DNA of 64,000 nucleotides from the IMG/VR virus record IMGVR_UViG_3300022698_000267, positions 1-64,000 of that record; one strand, 5' to 3'. Position numbers and translations under genes: made by a program. Positions within the stretch are counted from its first letter, which is position 1. Every line of letters begins with the position of its first letter. Positions 9,613 through 20,683 of the stretch are shown here, piece after piece. The notes under the pieces are model-generated. The model searched no databases and was not told the origin of the DNA. It saw only the letters and a program-made list of their open reading frames with translations.

Positions 9613-12189
9613 TTATATCATTCCCATAACTTTCTGGAACCGGGCATTAGCATCAGTATCCGGCGCCACATCTTCTACCACGGATCTGCCTTTTCCCTTA
9701 ACAGATTCGGTTACTTTCTCGGTTTTCTTTTCCAATTCGGCAACAACTGCTTCTACTTCTTCTGGACTGGAAGCCTCTTTAAGGGCTGCTTTAATTTCAT
9801 CTTTTTCCAATCCAGCTTCCATAAGCTTTTCAGTGGCTTTCGTCTTCAGACCTTCTAACTGAAGTGTGTTCAGTTCCATGTAAGTCTGTTGGTAATCGCC
9901 TGTAAGTTTGTTAATGGTTTTTACAATATCCTCTGGTTTCGAAACTTCTATCCCTTCGAAATTATCTTGAAGGATTGTTTGAATTTCTTCGAATAGCATG
10001 GCGTCTATCTCCTCCTCTGTTCCAGAAGGTTTCCCTTCTGATTTTTTCTCTTTCACAGGACTCATTCTTTGGTCCTTTGTTTTTTCTTTGACCGCTTCCA
10101 CGTCTTTTCCTGCTTCATCTTCTACTGGAGCAGAATCCTTCTCCGAATTCTCTTTACCATCAGCGGGTGACAAGTTTTCATCTGTCTTCCCACTAAGCAT
10201 ATCTGACAATTTTGAGAAGCAGGAACCCATGACCTTATCTAACCCCTTAACGTCTTGCATTTCCGATTGTACAAAGGCTAAGGCAAGGTTTTGGATCATG
10301 CTAAGAGAGGTAGTATGATCACCACTTTCCAGAAGTTTATTAAGTTCATCAACAAACTTCTCTTTGAAATCTTCCAGTGATGTAATATCGAAAGCTTGTG
10401 CAAAAGCACTGACTTCATCCGAACCTTCTTCTTTACCAATCAATTTGGTAACAAAGTCTTCATCTTGAAGTGCTTCAAGAATCTCTTCTTTCTTTTCATC
10501 AGTGCCTTTGTCATCCTCTTCTGCTGTTTCATCAGCACTTCTTGTGATGGAATCGATAATGGAATCGATGACTTTCATTTGAAGCCCAGCTGCATCCACT
10601 TTAATATTTTCTTGAATTGTTTCCAAGTCAATAAAATCATTGATTACAGCGTATTGAATAAGTGGCTCAACAATACTTGAGGTTTCATGTTGTTCGATCT
10701 CCATCCCTTCGATAACCTCAATGACTTTATCTCGCAGTGAGGAGGGAATTTCTGCAAGACCAGCAGCTTGAAGGGCTGTATACTTGTCTTTCAAAAATCG
10801 AAGCACAGATGCCCTTTCCTCTTTGGTTTGTGAATCTGTGATAAGTGATTGAATGAAATCTGTTGTTTGTGTCAATCCATTCACATTCAAAACCAGATCA
10901 ATATCAAAATCCTCTTCTTGAGAGGCAAATGGCTGGTATATTGGATGATTAAGACTTTCGTGATTTTCCATTCCTCGAACAAGGGCAAATACCTGTTTTG
11001 CAACGTCTTCGTTTTCAGACAGGTATACCAGTTTTTTGATTTTTTCCTTGTTCACGGAGGCCCACTCGGATTTTGTAACTCTTTCTTCCGGTGATACAAC
11101 CCGAAGTCTTGGTTTTTCATCTTTGCTGAAAATCATCCCAGCAATCCTCACAACCATTTCACCTTTCTTGGCTTTTTCCAAGACCTTTTCCAGATCCTCT
11201 TCGATAGATTTGATTTCTGTTTCCTTCGCCTCTATCAGTTTATTGAGTTCTTCCACTTTTGCTTCCTTGATCGAAGTCTCAGATGCAATTTGAGAAAAAC
11301 CAGTCATAAGGGTTTCTTTCTCTTCCACCTCCTTCGTCAATCCATCCATTTTGGCTTGTAGAGATTCAACCTCTTGATTCAATTTTTCTTTATCTAGGTT
11401 GAGCCTCTCAACCTCATTTGATATCTTGTCCTTTTCCAGAACAAGTTTATCGTAAGTTTCATCTGTCTTCATAATTTCATCCTCCCTAAAACTGGTTTTT
11501 AATGTTTTATCGAACATTAATTCTTTTATGTCAGAAATCGAATTTTTACCTGTTTGCTCGACAACCCTAGTTGCAAAACTTTCTATTAGAGAATCGAAAA
11601 ACACTCGTTCACCCTCTAATTTACTTCCTTTGGCATCAGGAATAAAAACTTCCTGATGCTGTGATTTTTCTACTATGTTATCACTTGCAGCATGTGTTGT
11701 AACGTAGGATGGGTACACAACAAAGTCCACACCTTGCAATTTCAAATCAATTCTTTTATTAACGGACACTGTCGTGTTATTAACAATTGCTGTGTCTGGA
11801 CGTTTTTTTGCACCTCCTCTTATAGAAAGACCAATTTTATATTTATTATCAAGTAGCCAGGAAATGAAACAACCCCATACAGTAGGAAATAATGTAAAAT
11901 CTGCTTTTACAATTCCATCTGAGAAATAGATATCATCCATATACCCTGCAATTAAACCAACCCATTCTTCTTCTTCGTTTTTTGGGTGTTTAGCGAATGA
12001 ATATCTATAGGTAGGATCTTGTTCCGTCAACTTGTTGTAAAAATCTATTGCCTTTGTTAATTCTTCTGTAGAATATACATTCCTGTTAACTCCAGGTCTG
12101 TCAGGATAGATTACTGGAACTCCTTCCAATTTACGGGGTTTTACGTCCGCTAGTAAAAACCTATCCATTCCTTGTGTTGCTGTTTCCAT
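9613..12189 (-). CDS. Prohead protease (N-terminal) fused to a long acidic coiled-coil scaffold
   Basis: N-terminal NRNVYS..EL, KHP, IGLSIRG and VDFVVYPS resemble gp21/HK97-type maturation proteases; the remainder is E/K-rich coiled coil; adjacent to the MCP. Confidence 0.75.
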   Translation of the reverse strand: METATQGMDRFLLADVKPRKLEGVPVIYPDRPGVNRNVYSTEELTKAIDFYNKLTEQDPTYRYSFAKHPKNEEEEWVGLIAGYMDDIYFSDGIVKADFTLFPTVWGCFISWLLDNKYKIGLSIRGGAKKRPDTAIVNNTTVSVNKRIDLKLQGVDFVVYPSYVTTHAASDNIVEKSQHQEVFIPDAKGSKLEGERVFFDSLIESFATRVVEQTGKNSISDIKELMFDKTLKTSFREDEIMKTDETYDKLVLEKDKISNEVERLNLDKEKLNQEVESLQAKMDGLTKEVEEKETLMTGFSQIASETSIKEAKVEELNKLIEAKETEIKSIEEDLEKVLEKAKKGEMVVRIAGMIFSKDEKPRLRVVSPEERVTKSEWASVNKEKIKKLVYLSENEDVAKQVFALVRGMENHESLNHPIYQPFASQEEDFDIDLVLNVNGLTQTTDFIQSLITDSQTKEERASVLRFLKDKYTALQAAGLAEIPSSLRDKVIEVIEGMEIEQHETSSIVEPLIQYAVINDFIDLETIQENIKVDAAGLQMKVIDSIIDSITRSADETAEEDDKGTDEKKEEILEALQDEDFVTKLIGKEEGSDEVSAFAQAFDITSLEDFKEKFVDELNKLLESGDHTTSLSMIQNLALAFVQSEMQDVKGLDKVMGSCFSKLSDMLSGKTDENLSPADGKENSEKDSAPVEDEAGKDVEAVKEKTKDQRMSPVKEKKSEGKPSGTEEEIDAMLFEEIQTILQDNFEGIEVSKPEDIVKTINKLTGDYQQTYMELNTLQLEGLKTKATEKLMEAGLEKDEIKAALKEASSPEEVEAVVAELEKKTEKVTESVKGKGRSVVEDVAPDTDANARFQKVMGMI

Positions 12190-12233
12190 ATATAATGATC
12201 CTCCTACATCAAGGTTTTATGGAAGGTACGTTT

Positions 12234-15200
12234 TTATCCATACAAACTCGCTGAAGGTGTATTAATTGTGACATGAGTTGCCGCTGGTCCTCCCGATTGT
12301 TGTTGCATCGAATTTCTCATTACTGGTTCTGGATTCTGCATTGCTGGTTGTTTCTGTTCTATTTGTTGTACTGCCGGAGGTTGTCTTTGTATTCCTGATA
12401 AAGTGTCGAAGCTGCTCATTTCCTTATTCATTTTTTGAAGATCATCACTTTGATTTCTTTCTATAACAGTTCCTAAACTCTTATCACTTGCAGATTGTCT
12501 TAGATTAAAAGCAGCTACTTCTTGTAGTGTTTTTGATCCTTCTGGTGTAGGTGTTCCTAAATCAGTTTCTAATTTCTTTCTAGGACCTCCACTAATGGAA
12601 TTTATTGCTTGTGAAACGCTATCTCCTATTTTATCTGCTTCTGAACCACCAGAAAAAGAACCATAACTAAATCTTCCACCCATCTGTTCAACTAGTTTTT
12701 GAGCTGTATCAACAGATTTTTCTGCTTGTTCACGTGTTCTTTCTGGACCACCCATAGACATATTGATTGCAATACGTCTTTCTTTATCCTTTCTAGCAGC
12801 AAGATCTTCTTCTGCCCCAACAAGGTCATAGGCATCATAATCTCTAGGACCAGCTAATAATGCTGGGTCTATTTTTTTAGAACCTTCATCTGGTGGAGCA
12901 CCTCCAGATTGCCATTTTTTATTCCACTCCCGAAGTCTTGCTGCCCTTGCTTCTTCAGGAGTCATTCTAGGTCCTGTTCCACCAGCCTCCTTTGTAGCAG
13001 CATCCTGTGCAGCAGCCTTTTCTTTCTCATATTGTTCTTCTTGTAATTTAATTCCCCAAGGACTTAGTGCTAATCCTCTAGCAGAACTTCCAGCTGGTGC
13101 CATCCAGCTTCCTGGCAAACTCCCTGGTATGTTGCTTCCTGGACTATTAACATTTCCTCCTCCTGCATTTTGTTGTAAAGCCATAAGTGTCGGTGAGAAT
13201 TGGGTTGGATCAACAGTATACTTTCCAACTTCAGTTCCTCCAGTTCCAGCTCCAGGAACTGTTATGCCACCAGAACCTTTTGGACTGGTTTTAAGAGACT
13301 TATAACTAATACCACCAGAACTATCATAAATTTTGGCTTGTTGTTCAAATGACCTTCCGGTTTGACTAGCCATTTCCTGTATTTTGGCTCTTTCTACTTC
13401 TGTATACTTTCCAGGTCCTTCAGTTCCTCCGGCTCCGATATTTCCAAAAAACTGCTGTGCTGCAACGTTGTCTGTGACTTGTTTTGTTTTTTGAATTTCT
13501 TGTTCAACAGCGTCTTTCGTTATTCTGGCAGAACCTGATGCTGTTGCACCTGCTTCAGTTGATATTCCGGCTGTTGCTCCTTTTGCTTTTGCAATTCTTT
13601 TTGCAGATGCTTCTGCTTCTTCTTGAGTAACTGTAAAAGAATTTCCAAAAAGATCTCCTATTTTGTGTCCAGCTTTAAGTCCTCCTGTTCCCCAATCTAG
13701 TAAAGCTTGACTCTCTGCCATATCTCTGTCTGTTAGTGCTAAAGCTTTCATCGGATTAGCACCTTCAGCACGATGTTTTGCAAATTGTCTAGCTCTTGTT
13801 TCAGCTCTAAACATCTCTGGAGACATTTCATTGCCACGATATGTTTTTCCAGTAGAAGGATCTGTGGATGTTATATATTTTGCATTAAAGTCCCTTAACC
13901 TAGAAATTCGTTCCTGATCAGTTTCTTTTGTTTTGCCATCTGCAGTTGCTCCTCCTCCATATTTTGATTGCAATTGCTTCATCGTTTCTTGGGCTCTTGC
14001 ACCTAATGGGCCCAAAGCTTGTTGAATTGAATCTTTACCATACCCTTCTGCTTCCAGATCCGCACCTAATCTTTCAAGAGTCCTGCTTCCAGAGGAAAGA
14101 AGACCCATAGATTTTTCTGCAACAGTACCTCTTGGTACTGTTCCAGATCCAGTAGACTCTGCTGCTCTTCTACCTTGACTTTGTCTTCTTTCTTCATATG
14201 ACTCTCTAGCAGATCTTTTTAGACGTTCCCATTGAGTTGATTCTTGACCAGTTCCGGGAGTCGTTCCAGGACGGACGGGTGATTTGGAACTACCCAAAAT
14301 ATCTTTAAGTGGTCCTGGAACTTCATCTCCAGTAGGACTTGTTCCAGGAATTTCTGCAGCTCCTGCTTCAGTTCCTCCAAATAACCAATCTGCAGCTTGT
14401 AGCATCAATCCAAGCATTGGATTAATAGTACGAACTCCATGTTTTGCAGCACCCAAACCTAATTGACGCAAACCTTTTTTCTGTGCAGCAGCTTTTGCTT
14501 TAGAGCTCGAAGGAGATTCCCCTGGAGGGTAATTGATATCATCATGTCCAAGTTCTGTGTCGAACAAGATATCACTCCACCGTTTATTATTTACTGGTTC
14601 AGGCCAACCGAAATCCTGAACAGTTCTATTCATTCTATATTGACCTGTTTTTTTATCTTTAATAGGTGTTTCTAAAGGTTTGTAACCTATAACTTTATCG
14701 TCCTTATCTCTCACTGGTTGTAAACCTTGTAGTGCATACATTTCATCTATACTTAATTGTGCAGACCTATCTTTACCAGGACCTTCTCCAGCTTTTCGAA
14801 CAACGGCAGAGTCAGGTTTACTTCCATCCAGAGGAACATAAGCTAATGGATTATCGTTTTTATCGTAGGTTTCTCTTCTACCAGTTGCTGTGTTGTCCAA
14901 TGTGGTAGTAACTATACCTTTGGAAATCATGTTCAAAGCTTCAGCTGCTATAATTGCTGAACTTGCTACACTGTCTAATCCTATTGACGCAGTTTTACTA
15001 GCATCTGCCTCTTGATTTTTAGCTTGTTCTAAAGACTGACCTTGACCTTCTTTCGTTTTACCAGCCATGTCATCAAGAAGTTTTTTAGCTAATCCTGTAT
15101 TACCACTAGATGTGGCCTTTTCTAGTTCTACTATTTGTTTTTCAAACTCATCTGTGCTCATATTTCTTTTCATACTAGGTCTAATGAGTCTACCAATATC

Positions 15201-18200
15201 ATCCATACTACGACCACTCATTAGAAGGGAACTCATCATATCTGGAAAGTTCTTGGTCATAGTGCCAACATCAGCTGCTCCGGTACGTAATAATCTGGCA
15301 TATAAGCCGCCTTTTTTCTTTTCACTAGCTGTCCACTCTTCAGCAGTTATGGCTCCACTAGCTACACCTAAAGTTATAGCGCTCCTAGATCTAGTAAATT
15401 GATCACCAAACATTTGATTTACAGTACCAACCACTTTTGCAACGTTTTGTTCGTATTCAGTTCTGGTGGCTATAGTAGCATCTGGAATTGGTTCTGCTTT
15501 TATTGGATATAAAGCTCTATCTAAGGCTTTTCCATATATTGGTGCCTGGATAGCTTTAAAAACATCAACATCTGCTCTTCTATAATCGGCACCTTGTTGT
15601 GCTCGTTTTCGTAATTCACCTTCTGAAAAAAGATTCTGAAGAGCTTTATATGAATCAGGTTTCATTTTAATATCTGTGAATTGACCTATAGCATCTACAA
15701 ATTTACCTATAGCTTGTACGAAAGCATCTGTTGTTCCAGCTTTCATTTCTCCAACTTTACCAGTTTTTTTATCATATTCAAAATATTTTCCTGGTTCAGT
15801 TGCAAGAGAAGCCACCATTTGTCCTAGGTCACTTCTCTGCCATTCTTTTCTAAGATCTGAATCATTCTGTGGCATTAGTAATGACAATTTTGATGCTGAA
15901 ACATCTGATCTTCCACTAAGTTGTTTTCTAATTAAACCTACAGAAGATTCATATGTATCAAGCATTCTTCTAGCAGGTAAAGAGTATGAAGCCTGTGTAT
16001 ACTGTTTTATAGCATCATATTCTTCTGGACTAACCACTTGATTTTTAACTAAACCATAAGTTTCATTTATTCCTTCAACATCCTTTGCTGCTTTCGTTTT
16101 CGTTTCTGTGACTGCTAATTCAAGAGGTCTAATTTTTGTGGATTCCGCTCTTTCTCTAAAGAATTTTAGGGCTTCTGCTTGTCTTTGTTCATCACCTTTT
16201 TGTCCAAGGAATTGTTGTCCCATCAATCCAGAAAGACCTATTCCTGCACCTACCAATGCTCCAACTGGACCTCCTACAGCCATACCCACAGCAGTACCAC
16301 CTAATACTCCCGCTCCTCCAGAAAGTATAGATCCAATATCCCATGCATTTGGAGCTCCCCCACTTCTTTGTACAGATTGGTAACGTTCATAAGCGGAAAG
16401 TCCTAAAGCTGCCACTCCTGCTCCAATCCCAGCTCTTCTAGCCCATTTTCCAGGTGTTCTTAGTCCAAATCTCTCTCTTAGATTTTTTGGTTCTCTTCCT
16501 ACATAAAGTCCAGTTTCATCCAAGTCATAAACTAAACGGTTCATACCTCTTTGTGCAGTTCTGGAGGCCATTTTTCTTGCAATTGCAGAGCTTGAATCTC
16601 TGTAAGCGTCTCTACCCATTCCATAGAGTCCTCTTCCAAGCTGAGGTCCAAACATCATTGCAGCAGTCAGTCCTACAGGCATTGCTAGATCAGAATAATC
16701 TGCTTGTCCAGTTCTCTCTTGTAATCTTCTTAAAGCTCCATATTTTTCGAAACTTCTTTGCATCATTGCAAATCCAGCTATCTTTGGTGTAGCTTCGTAC
16801 CACTTAGCCTGTTGATTAAAAATTTTGCCAATTTGTAACCAAGTTCCGGCTCCACCAATGGTTGAACCAATATCAGATACACCAATATTGCCACCTTTTC
16901 CAGACAGAAAATCTAAACCACCTTGAGCAGTATTTTGTATCACTCCACCAAATAATTGTCCAGGCATTCCTAATGCAGCCTTTCCAGATTGGACCATAAT
17001 AGCTTGTGAAATTGGTTCGAATAGACGCATTCCAATTTTTCCAAGAGAATCCCGCACAGATTTTATAGCCCTAGAACCAGGACCAGTTGCTAGACCATCC
17101 ATTGCATCATTGACAGAATCTTCCAAATCTTTCATGAAAGTCTTTATATATCGAACTACTGCGTCTGATTTGGCTTTTTGTCTTCCTTCTGGAGTTTCCA
17201 CCTCCCCTCTATCAATGGCACTCATTCTTCCCCTAAAAGATGACATTCCTTCTAAAGTTCTGCCACCAAATCTTTCAACAAGTCCAGCTATACCACCAGA
17301 TATTCCAAACCCTTCCATAATTGGGGATAAGGCTGAGTTAAAGGCAGTTGTTAGAAGAGCCAACATTCCTTGGGTTGTTCCATATGAACCTTGAACAAGG
17401 GATTGTACATTGCGACCATAACTTTCTTGAAATTGTTCTTGTCTTCCTGGTTCACCTTTTAACTGGTCTAGATATTGAGCAAGATTTTTACTGGGATCGT
17501 ATTTCACACCAACATCTACTGCTGCCCTTTCTAATGCAGCATTTTGAAACAACTTTACTTGAGCTTCTGGAAGTATTTTTTCTAAATTTGATCCTTCTAT
17601 TCTAGATCCTCCTGGACCTGGAGTCATATTTTGTTGAAGCAGACCTGCATATTCTGATCTAATATTGGTAACCATTGGTTCAATTATAGAACTGGTTAGT
17701 GTGTCTCCAATATTCTTTATCTGTACATCAAATTGTGCTCCTTTTTTCAAAAGGACTTCCTGACCACCCATCATGTTGGATAAACCTAAATTTAAAGTTC
17801 GAATCATATCTGCTCCAGATTCTCCCTTAAATTCTTCATAGGATTTTCCAGCATATCCAGCAATAATTTCTGGGGAAATATTAAATCTTCTTTCCAGTGA
17901 TCTAAATTGTCCTGCTAAAAGCTCTCTGATAGCAAACACTGCACCACTGGTCCCCTGTTCAGGTGCAAGCATTGTTAATAACTGCGTTGCATCAAACATC
18001 TTTTCTTGAAATTCACTATTTGTAGCTTGTGATCTAGTACCAGGGTAAATGGACATGGCTGTTAAAACTTCCATGGCCTCTGGAAATTGGATAGGTTTTG
18101 TTCTAGCAGTTTCTAATGCTTTTCCAACGGCTTGTTGTGCATACATCGATGATCCCAAGAGAGATGTCATTGTATTTACTCTTGAAGTCATATCATTCAT

Positions 18201-19934
18201 AACTGCTGGAGCGGTTTGAGCAAAACCAGTAAATTCTTGTTGGAACGATTGCATACCAGTAAGGCTTCCTAAAGCCTGATGCACTGGTCCCATCGTTTGA
18301 TAGGTGGATTCCATTGGAACTTGTGTAAGTCCTTGGAAGATAGGACTGGAAAACCCAAACATCAATGCCCACTGGAGTTGCATTGCATTCATTTCAACGA
18401 ATTTGCCCATTGTTTGGGTCATTGGTTCAACTGTTCCAGATTTAAATTTTTGTGTAGTACTAAGGCCCCTTTCGCCACCTAGAATACTTTCTCCAGTTTT
18501 AAGAGATTTAATAGTGTCTGTCAGACTTACAGCATCATTCATTCCGGCTTTTCTAAGTGTTCTTCTATCCATTCCAGCCATGATTTCATCCATGGCTTGC
18601 ATAGCTCTTTCAGAACTTGCTATGGCTGCTGTATTGGCAGTGGCGAATCTTGGATCACTTGGATCCATTTCAGCCACTTTTCTTTGTAACATTCTAGATG
18701 AGCTAAATTGTTTTTGTACATCTTCTAATTTCTTAGAAAATGTATCTCCACTAGAAGCTGTAGTTCTGAATTTAGCATTTACTTGATCAAGGGTTTTGAG
18801 CAATTCTGGATTGGATTGAACCCTTTGTATAACACCTGCACCTAAAGCTCCACGATATCTTGACAAATCTTGTACAACAGCACCAGTTGCACCTTTGGTC
18901 GAACTTACCTGAGTAGCAGTTTGTACTTGTCTAATAAGGTCTTGTGCATAACTTCCCATTGCAGTTGGAGAAGATCTATAACCTCCACCAATGCTCCCCG
19001 CGTCTAAAGATATTCCTCTGGAATGGCCCAAAGATTTGTAGGATTCTTGGTAAGCTGCTGAGTATCTTTCAAGTGAAGATTTTGTTAGTCCAGACACATC
19101 GGCCATATGTCTAGCAGTTCGTTGTTCCAAACCAGTTCTAGCATTTGATATTAGGCTCATTCTTTGAGGTTGTGGAATTGAATTGAAGGCACCAGCATTA
19201 ACCATCTGATCCAGTTTACCTCTAGTAAACATTGCTGATGTTACATCATCCAGGACTTTAGCACGTGCACCTAAGAAATCGAAGGACCGTCCTAGACTTC
19301 CCATTAAAGAATTGATTTGATCTGGATTCATTCCTTGTTGTGCTATCCGACCAAATTCATGCGCAGCCTGTCTGTGTGGAGCCCTGCCATATGCTAAAGG
19401 AGCTTTGTTTAGCCCCATCATTGTAGCTTGGATTTCAGATTGTCTTAAAGAAGTGACAACACCAGTACGTTGTTGATAAATACCAGCATTTGTTATTCCA
19501 GAGACTCTTTCTTCTCTGGTTATTTGATTTTTAGTTCCTGCTGAAAAATTCTTGACATTAGCTGCAGCTGCATTTAATTCACTGCTGAATTGTTTAACAT
19601 TACCTGCTGCTCCTCCCAATGCTCTGACGAGTTCAACAATGGCATTTAGATCTGCACTGTTGATACCACCACTACCTCTAGTAGCGGTGTTGTTGTCAAC
19701 TCTTCCAAAAGCTGCAGTACCTGGTGTTGCAGTTGTACCACCTGACGTGGATCCTCTTCCAGTTCCAGATCTAATTCTATCTGTTTGACCTTGTACATAT
19801 TGGAGGATTTGCATAACTCTTTCTCTTGCTGCAGCATCCATTTGTGAAAAAGCAGCATCAAGTATAGAGCCATCAAGTAGATCAGAACCTAAATCAGTAC
19901 CATCTGGTGGTCCTTCATCAAAGGGAGTTGGCAT
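12234..19934 (-). CDS. Tape measure-like protein
   Basis: 2566 aa, Ala/Gly/Ser/Gln-rich and helical, with glycine-zipper hydrophobic segments (GGAGVLGGTAVGMAVGGPVGALVGAGIG) and AIRELLAGQFRSLERRFNI. Confidence 0.7.
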   Translation of the reverse strand: MPTPFDEGPPDGTDLGSDLLDGSILDAAFSQMDAAARERVMQILQYVQGQTDRIRSGTGRGSTSGGTTATPGTAAFGRVDNNTATRGSGGINSADLNAIVELVRALGGAAGNVKQFSSELNAAAANVKNFSAGTKNQITREERVSGITNAGIYQQRTGVVTSLRQSEIQATMMGLNKAPLAYGRAPHRQAAHEFGRIAQQGMNPDQINSLMGSLGRSFDFLGARAKVLDDVTSAMFTRGKLDQMVNAGAFNSIPQPQRMSLISNARTGLEQRTARHMADVSGLTKSSLERYSAAYQESYKSLGHSRGISLDAGSIGGGYRSSPTAMGSYAQDLIRQVQTATQVSSTKGATGAVVQDLSRYRGALGAGVIQRVQSNPELLKTLDQVNAKFRTTASSGDTFSKKLEDVQKQFSSSRMLQRKVAEMDPSDPRFATANTAAIASSERAMQAMDEIMAGMDRRTLRKAGMNDAVSLTDTIKSLKTGESILGGERGLSTTQKFKSGTVEPMTQTMGKFVEMNAMQLQWALMFGFSSPIFQGLTQVPMESTYQTMGPVHQALGSLTGMQSFQQEFTGFAQTAPAVMNDMTSRVNTMTSLLGSSMYAQQAVGKALETARTKPIQFPEAMEVLTAMSIYPGTRSQATNSEFQEKMFDATQLLTMLAPEQGTSGAVFAIRELLAGQFRSLERRFNISPEIIAGYAGKSYEEFKGESGADMIRTLNLGLSNMMGGQEVLLKKGAQFDVQIKNIGDTLTSSIIEPMVTNIRSEYAGLLQQNMTPGPGGSRIEGSNLEKILPEAQVKLFQNAALERAAVDVGVKYDPSKNLAQYLDQLKGEPGRQEQFQESYGRNVQSLVQGSYGTTQGMLALLTTAFNSALSPIMEGFGISGGIAGLVERFGGRTLEGMSSFRGRMSAIDRGEVETPEGRQKAKSDAVVRYIKTFMKDLEDSVNDAMDGLATGPGSRAIKSVRDSLGKIGMRLFEPISQAIMVQSGKAALGMPGQLFGGVIQNTAQGGLDFLSGKGGNIGVSDIGSTIGGAGTWLQIGKIFNQQAKWYEATPKIAGFAMMQRSFEKYGALRRLQERTGQADYSDLAMPVGLTAAMMFGPQLGRGLYGMGRDAYRDSSSAIARKMASRTAQRGMNRLVYDLDETGLYVGREPKNLRERFGLRTPGKWARRAGIGAGVAALGLSAYERYQSVQRSGGAPNAWDIGSILSGGAGVLGGTAVGMAVGGPVGALVGAGIGLSGLMGQQFLGQKGDEQRQAEALKFFRERAESTKIRPLELAVTETKTKAAKDVEGINETYGLVKNQVVSPEEYDAIKQYTQASYSLPARRMLDTYESSVGLIRKQLSGRSDVSASKLSLLMPQNDSDLRKEWQRSDLGQMVASLATEPGKYFEYDKKTGKVGEMKAGTTDAFVQAIGKFVDAIGQFTDIKMKPDSYKALQNLFSEGELRKRAQQGADYRRADVDVFKAIQAPIYGKALDRALYPIKAEPIPDATIATRTEYEQNVAKVVGTVNQMFGDQFTRSRSAITLGVASGAITAEEWTASEKKKGGLYARLLRTGAADVGTMTKNFPDMMSSLLMSGRSMDDIGRLIRPSMKRNMSTDEFEKQIVELEKATSSGNTGLAKKLLDDMAGKTKEGQGQSLEQAKNQEADASKTASIGLDSVASSAIIAAEALNMISKGIVTTTLDNTATGRRETYDKNDNPLAYVPLDGSKPDSAVVRKAGEGPGKDRSAQLSIDEMYALQGLQPVRDKDDKVIGYKPLETPIKDKKTGQYRMNRTVQDFGWPEPVNNKRWSDILFDTELGHDDINYPPGESPSSSKAKAAAQKKGLRQLGLGAAKHGVRTINPMLGLMLQAADWLFGGTEAGAAEIPGTSPTGDEVPGPLKDILGSSKSPVRPGTTPGTGQESTQWERLKRSARESYEERRQSQGRRAAESTGSGTVPRGTVAEKSMGLLSSGSRTLERLGADLEAEGYGKDSIQQALGPLGARAQETMKQLQSKYGGGATADGKTKETDQERISRLRDFNAKYITSTDPSTGKTYRGNEMSPEMFRAETRARQFAKHRAEGANPMKALALTDRDMAESQALLDWGTGGLKAGHKIGDLFGNSFTVTQEEAEASAKRIAKAKGATAGISTEAGATASGSARITKDAVEQEIQKTKQVTDNVAAQQFFGNIGAGGTEGPGKYTEVERAKIQEMASQTGRSFEQQAKIYDSSGGISYKSLKTSPKGSGGITVPGAGTGGTEVGKYTVDPTQFSPTLMALQQNAGGGNVNSPGSNIPGSLPGSWMAPAGSSARGLALSPWGIKLQEEQYEKEKAAAQDAATKEAGGTGPRMTPEEARAARLREWNKKWQSGGAPPDEGSKKIDPALLAGPRDYDAYDLVGAEEDLAARKDKERRIAINMSMGGPERTREQAEKSVDTAQKLVEQMGGRFSYGSFSGGSEADKIGDSVSQAINSISGGPRKKLETDLGTPTPEGSKTLQEVAAFNLRQSASDKSLGTVIERNQSDDLQKMNKEMSSFDTLSGIQRQPPAVQQIEQKQPAMQNPEPVMRNSMQQQSGGPAATHVTINTPSASLYG

Positions 19935-19955
19935 TTCTAAACCCTCTATTTAGAA

Positions 19956-20669
19956 TTAAATGATAGCATCAGCAAAGCCCATTTGTATGGCTTGTTCAGT
20001 TGTCAACCAAGATTCATTCTTGAGCAACTTTATCATTTGATTCTTTTCCAAATTTGTGTTTTCTGTTAGAAAACTTATCAACTGTTCTTGAACATCTTCC
20101 AAATGTTTAAAGTAATCTAACAATTCTTCTCTTTTTCCACTGAAACCGGCTCTAAATTGGTGTACAAGAAGATGGCTGTTTTTAGTCAGATATTTTTTCT
20201 TTCCTGCAACCAAGAGTAAAGTCGCCATGGAAGCAATAGTTCCACTACCAATTGTTGTGATTGGAATATAATGTGTTCTCATGAAATCAATAAGATTGAA
20301 ACCACTTGCAATTGATCCACCCATACTATCAATGTAGAGTTTGATTTCCATTTCACTTGTATTGTTGATTCCAAGTTCAATGTACTTTGGAACAATGTCT
20401 CGACTGACTTCTATAATCTTTTGTTTAACTTCTTCCACACTGTCTCTATGAATCTCGCTGTGGAAAAAGATCCTGTTACCATCTGAATAAACACTGGGAC
20501 CAGAAAATAAATCAAAAATGGATCCCCAGATAAATTCTGGAGACTCTTCTAGATTTGGTCTTTGGTCTTCATTTTCACTAACTTTCTCCGAGACTTTTTC
20601 CTGTTTCTGAAAATAAGTATCATCATCCAAAGTATCATTGACAGGAACAAATAATGGCTTGTTTGACAT
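19956..20669 (-). CDS. clpP: ClpP-family serine protease
   Basis: IKLYIDSMGGS, IASMATLL (catalytic Ser), LLVHQ (His), WLTTEQAIQMGFADAI. Confidence 0.9.
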   Translation of the reverse strand: MSNKPLFVPVNDTLDDDTYFQKQEKVSEKVSENEDQRPNLEESPEFIWGSIFDLFSGPSVYSDGNRIFFHSEIHRDSVEEVKQKIIEVSRDIVPKYIELGINNTSEMEIKLYIDSMGGSIASGFNLIDFMRTHYIPITTIGSGTIASMATLLLVAGKKKYLTKNSHLLVHQFRAGFSGKREELLDYFKHLEDVQEQLISFLTENTNLEKNQMIKLLKNESWLTTEQAIQMGFADAII

Positions 20670-20683
20670 AGTAAACTCCTCCG

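Noticed and set aside
12278-19876. Numerous short ORFs within the tape measure and other long genes
   Set aside because: They are antisense or alternate-frame shadows with no RBS or recognisable motifs.
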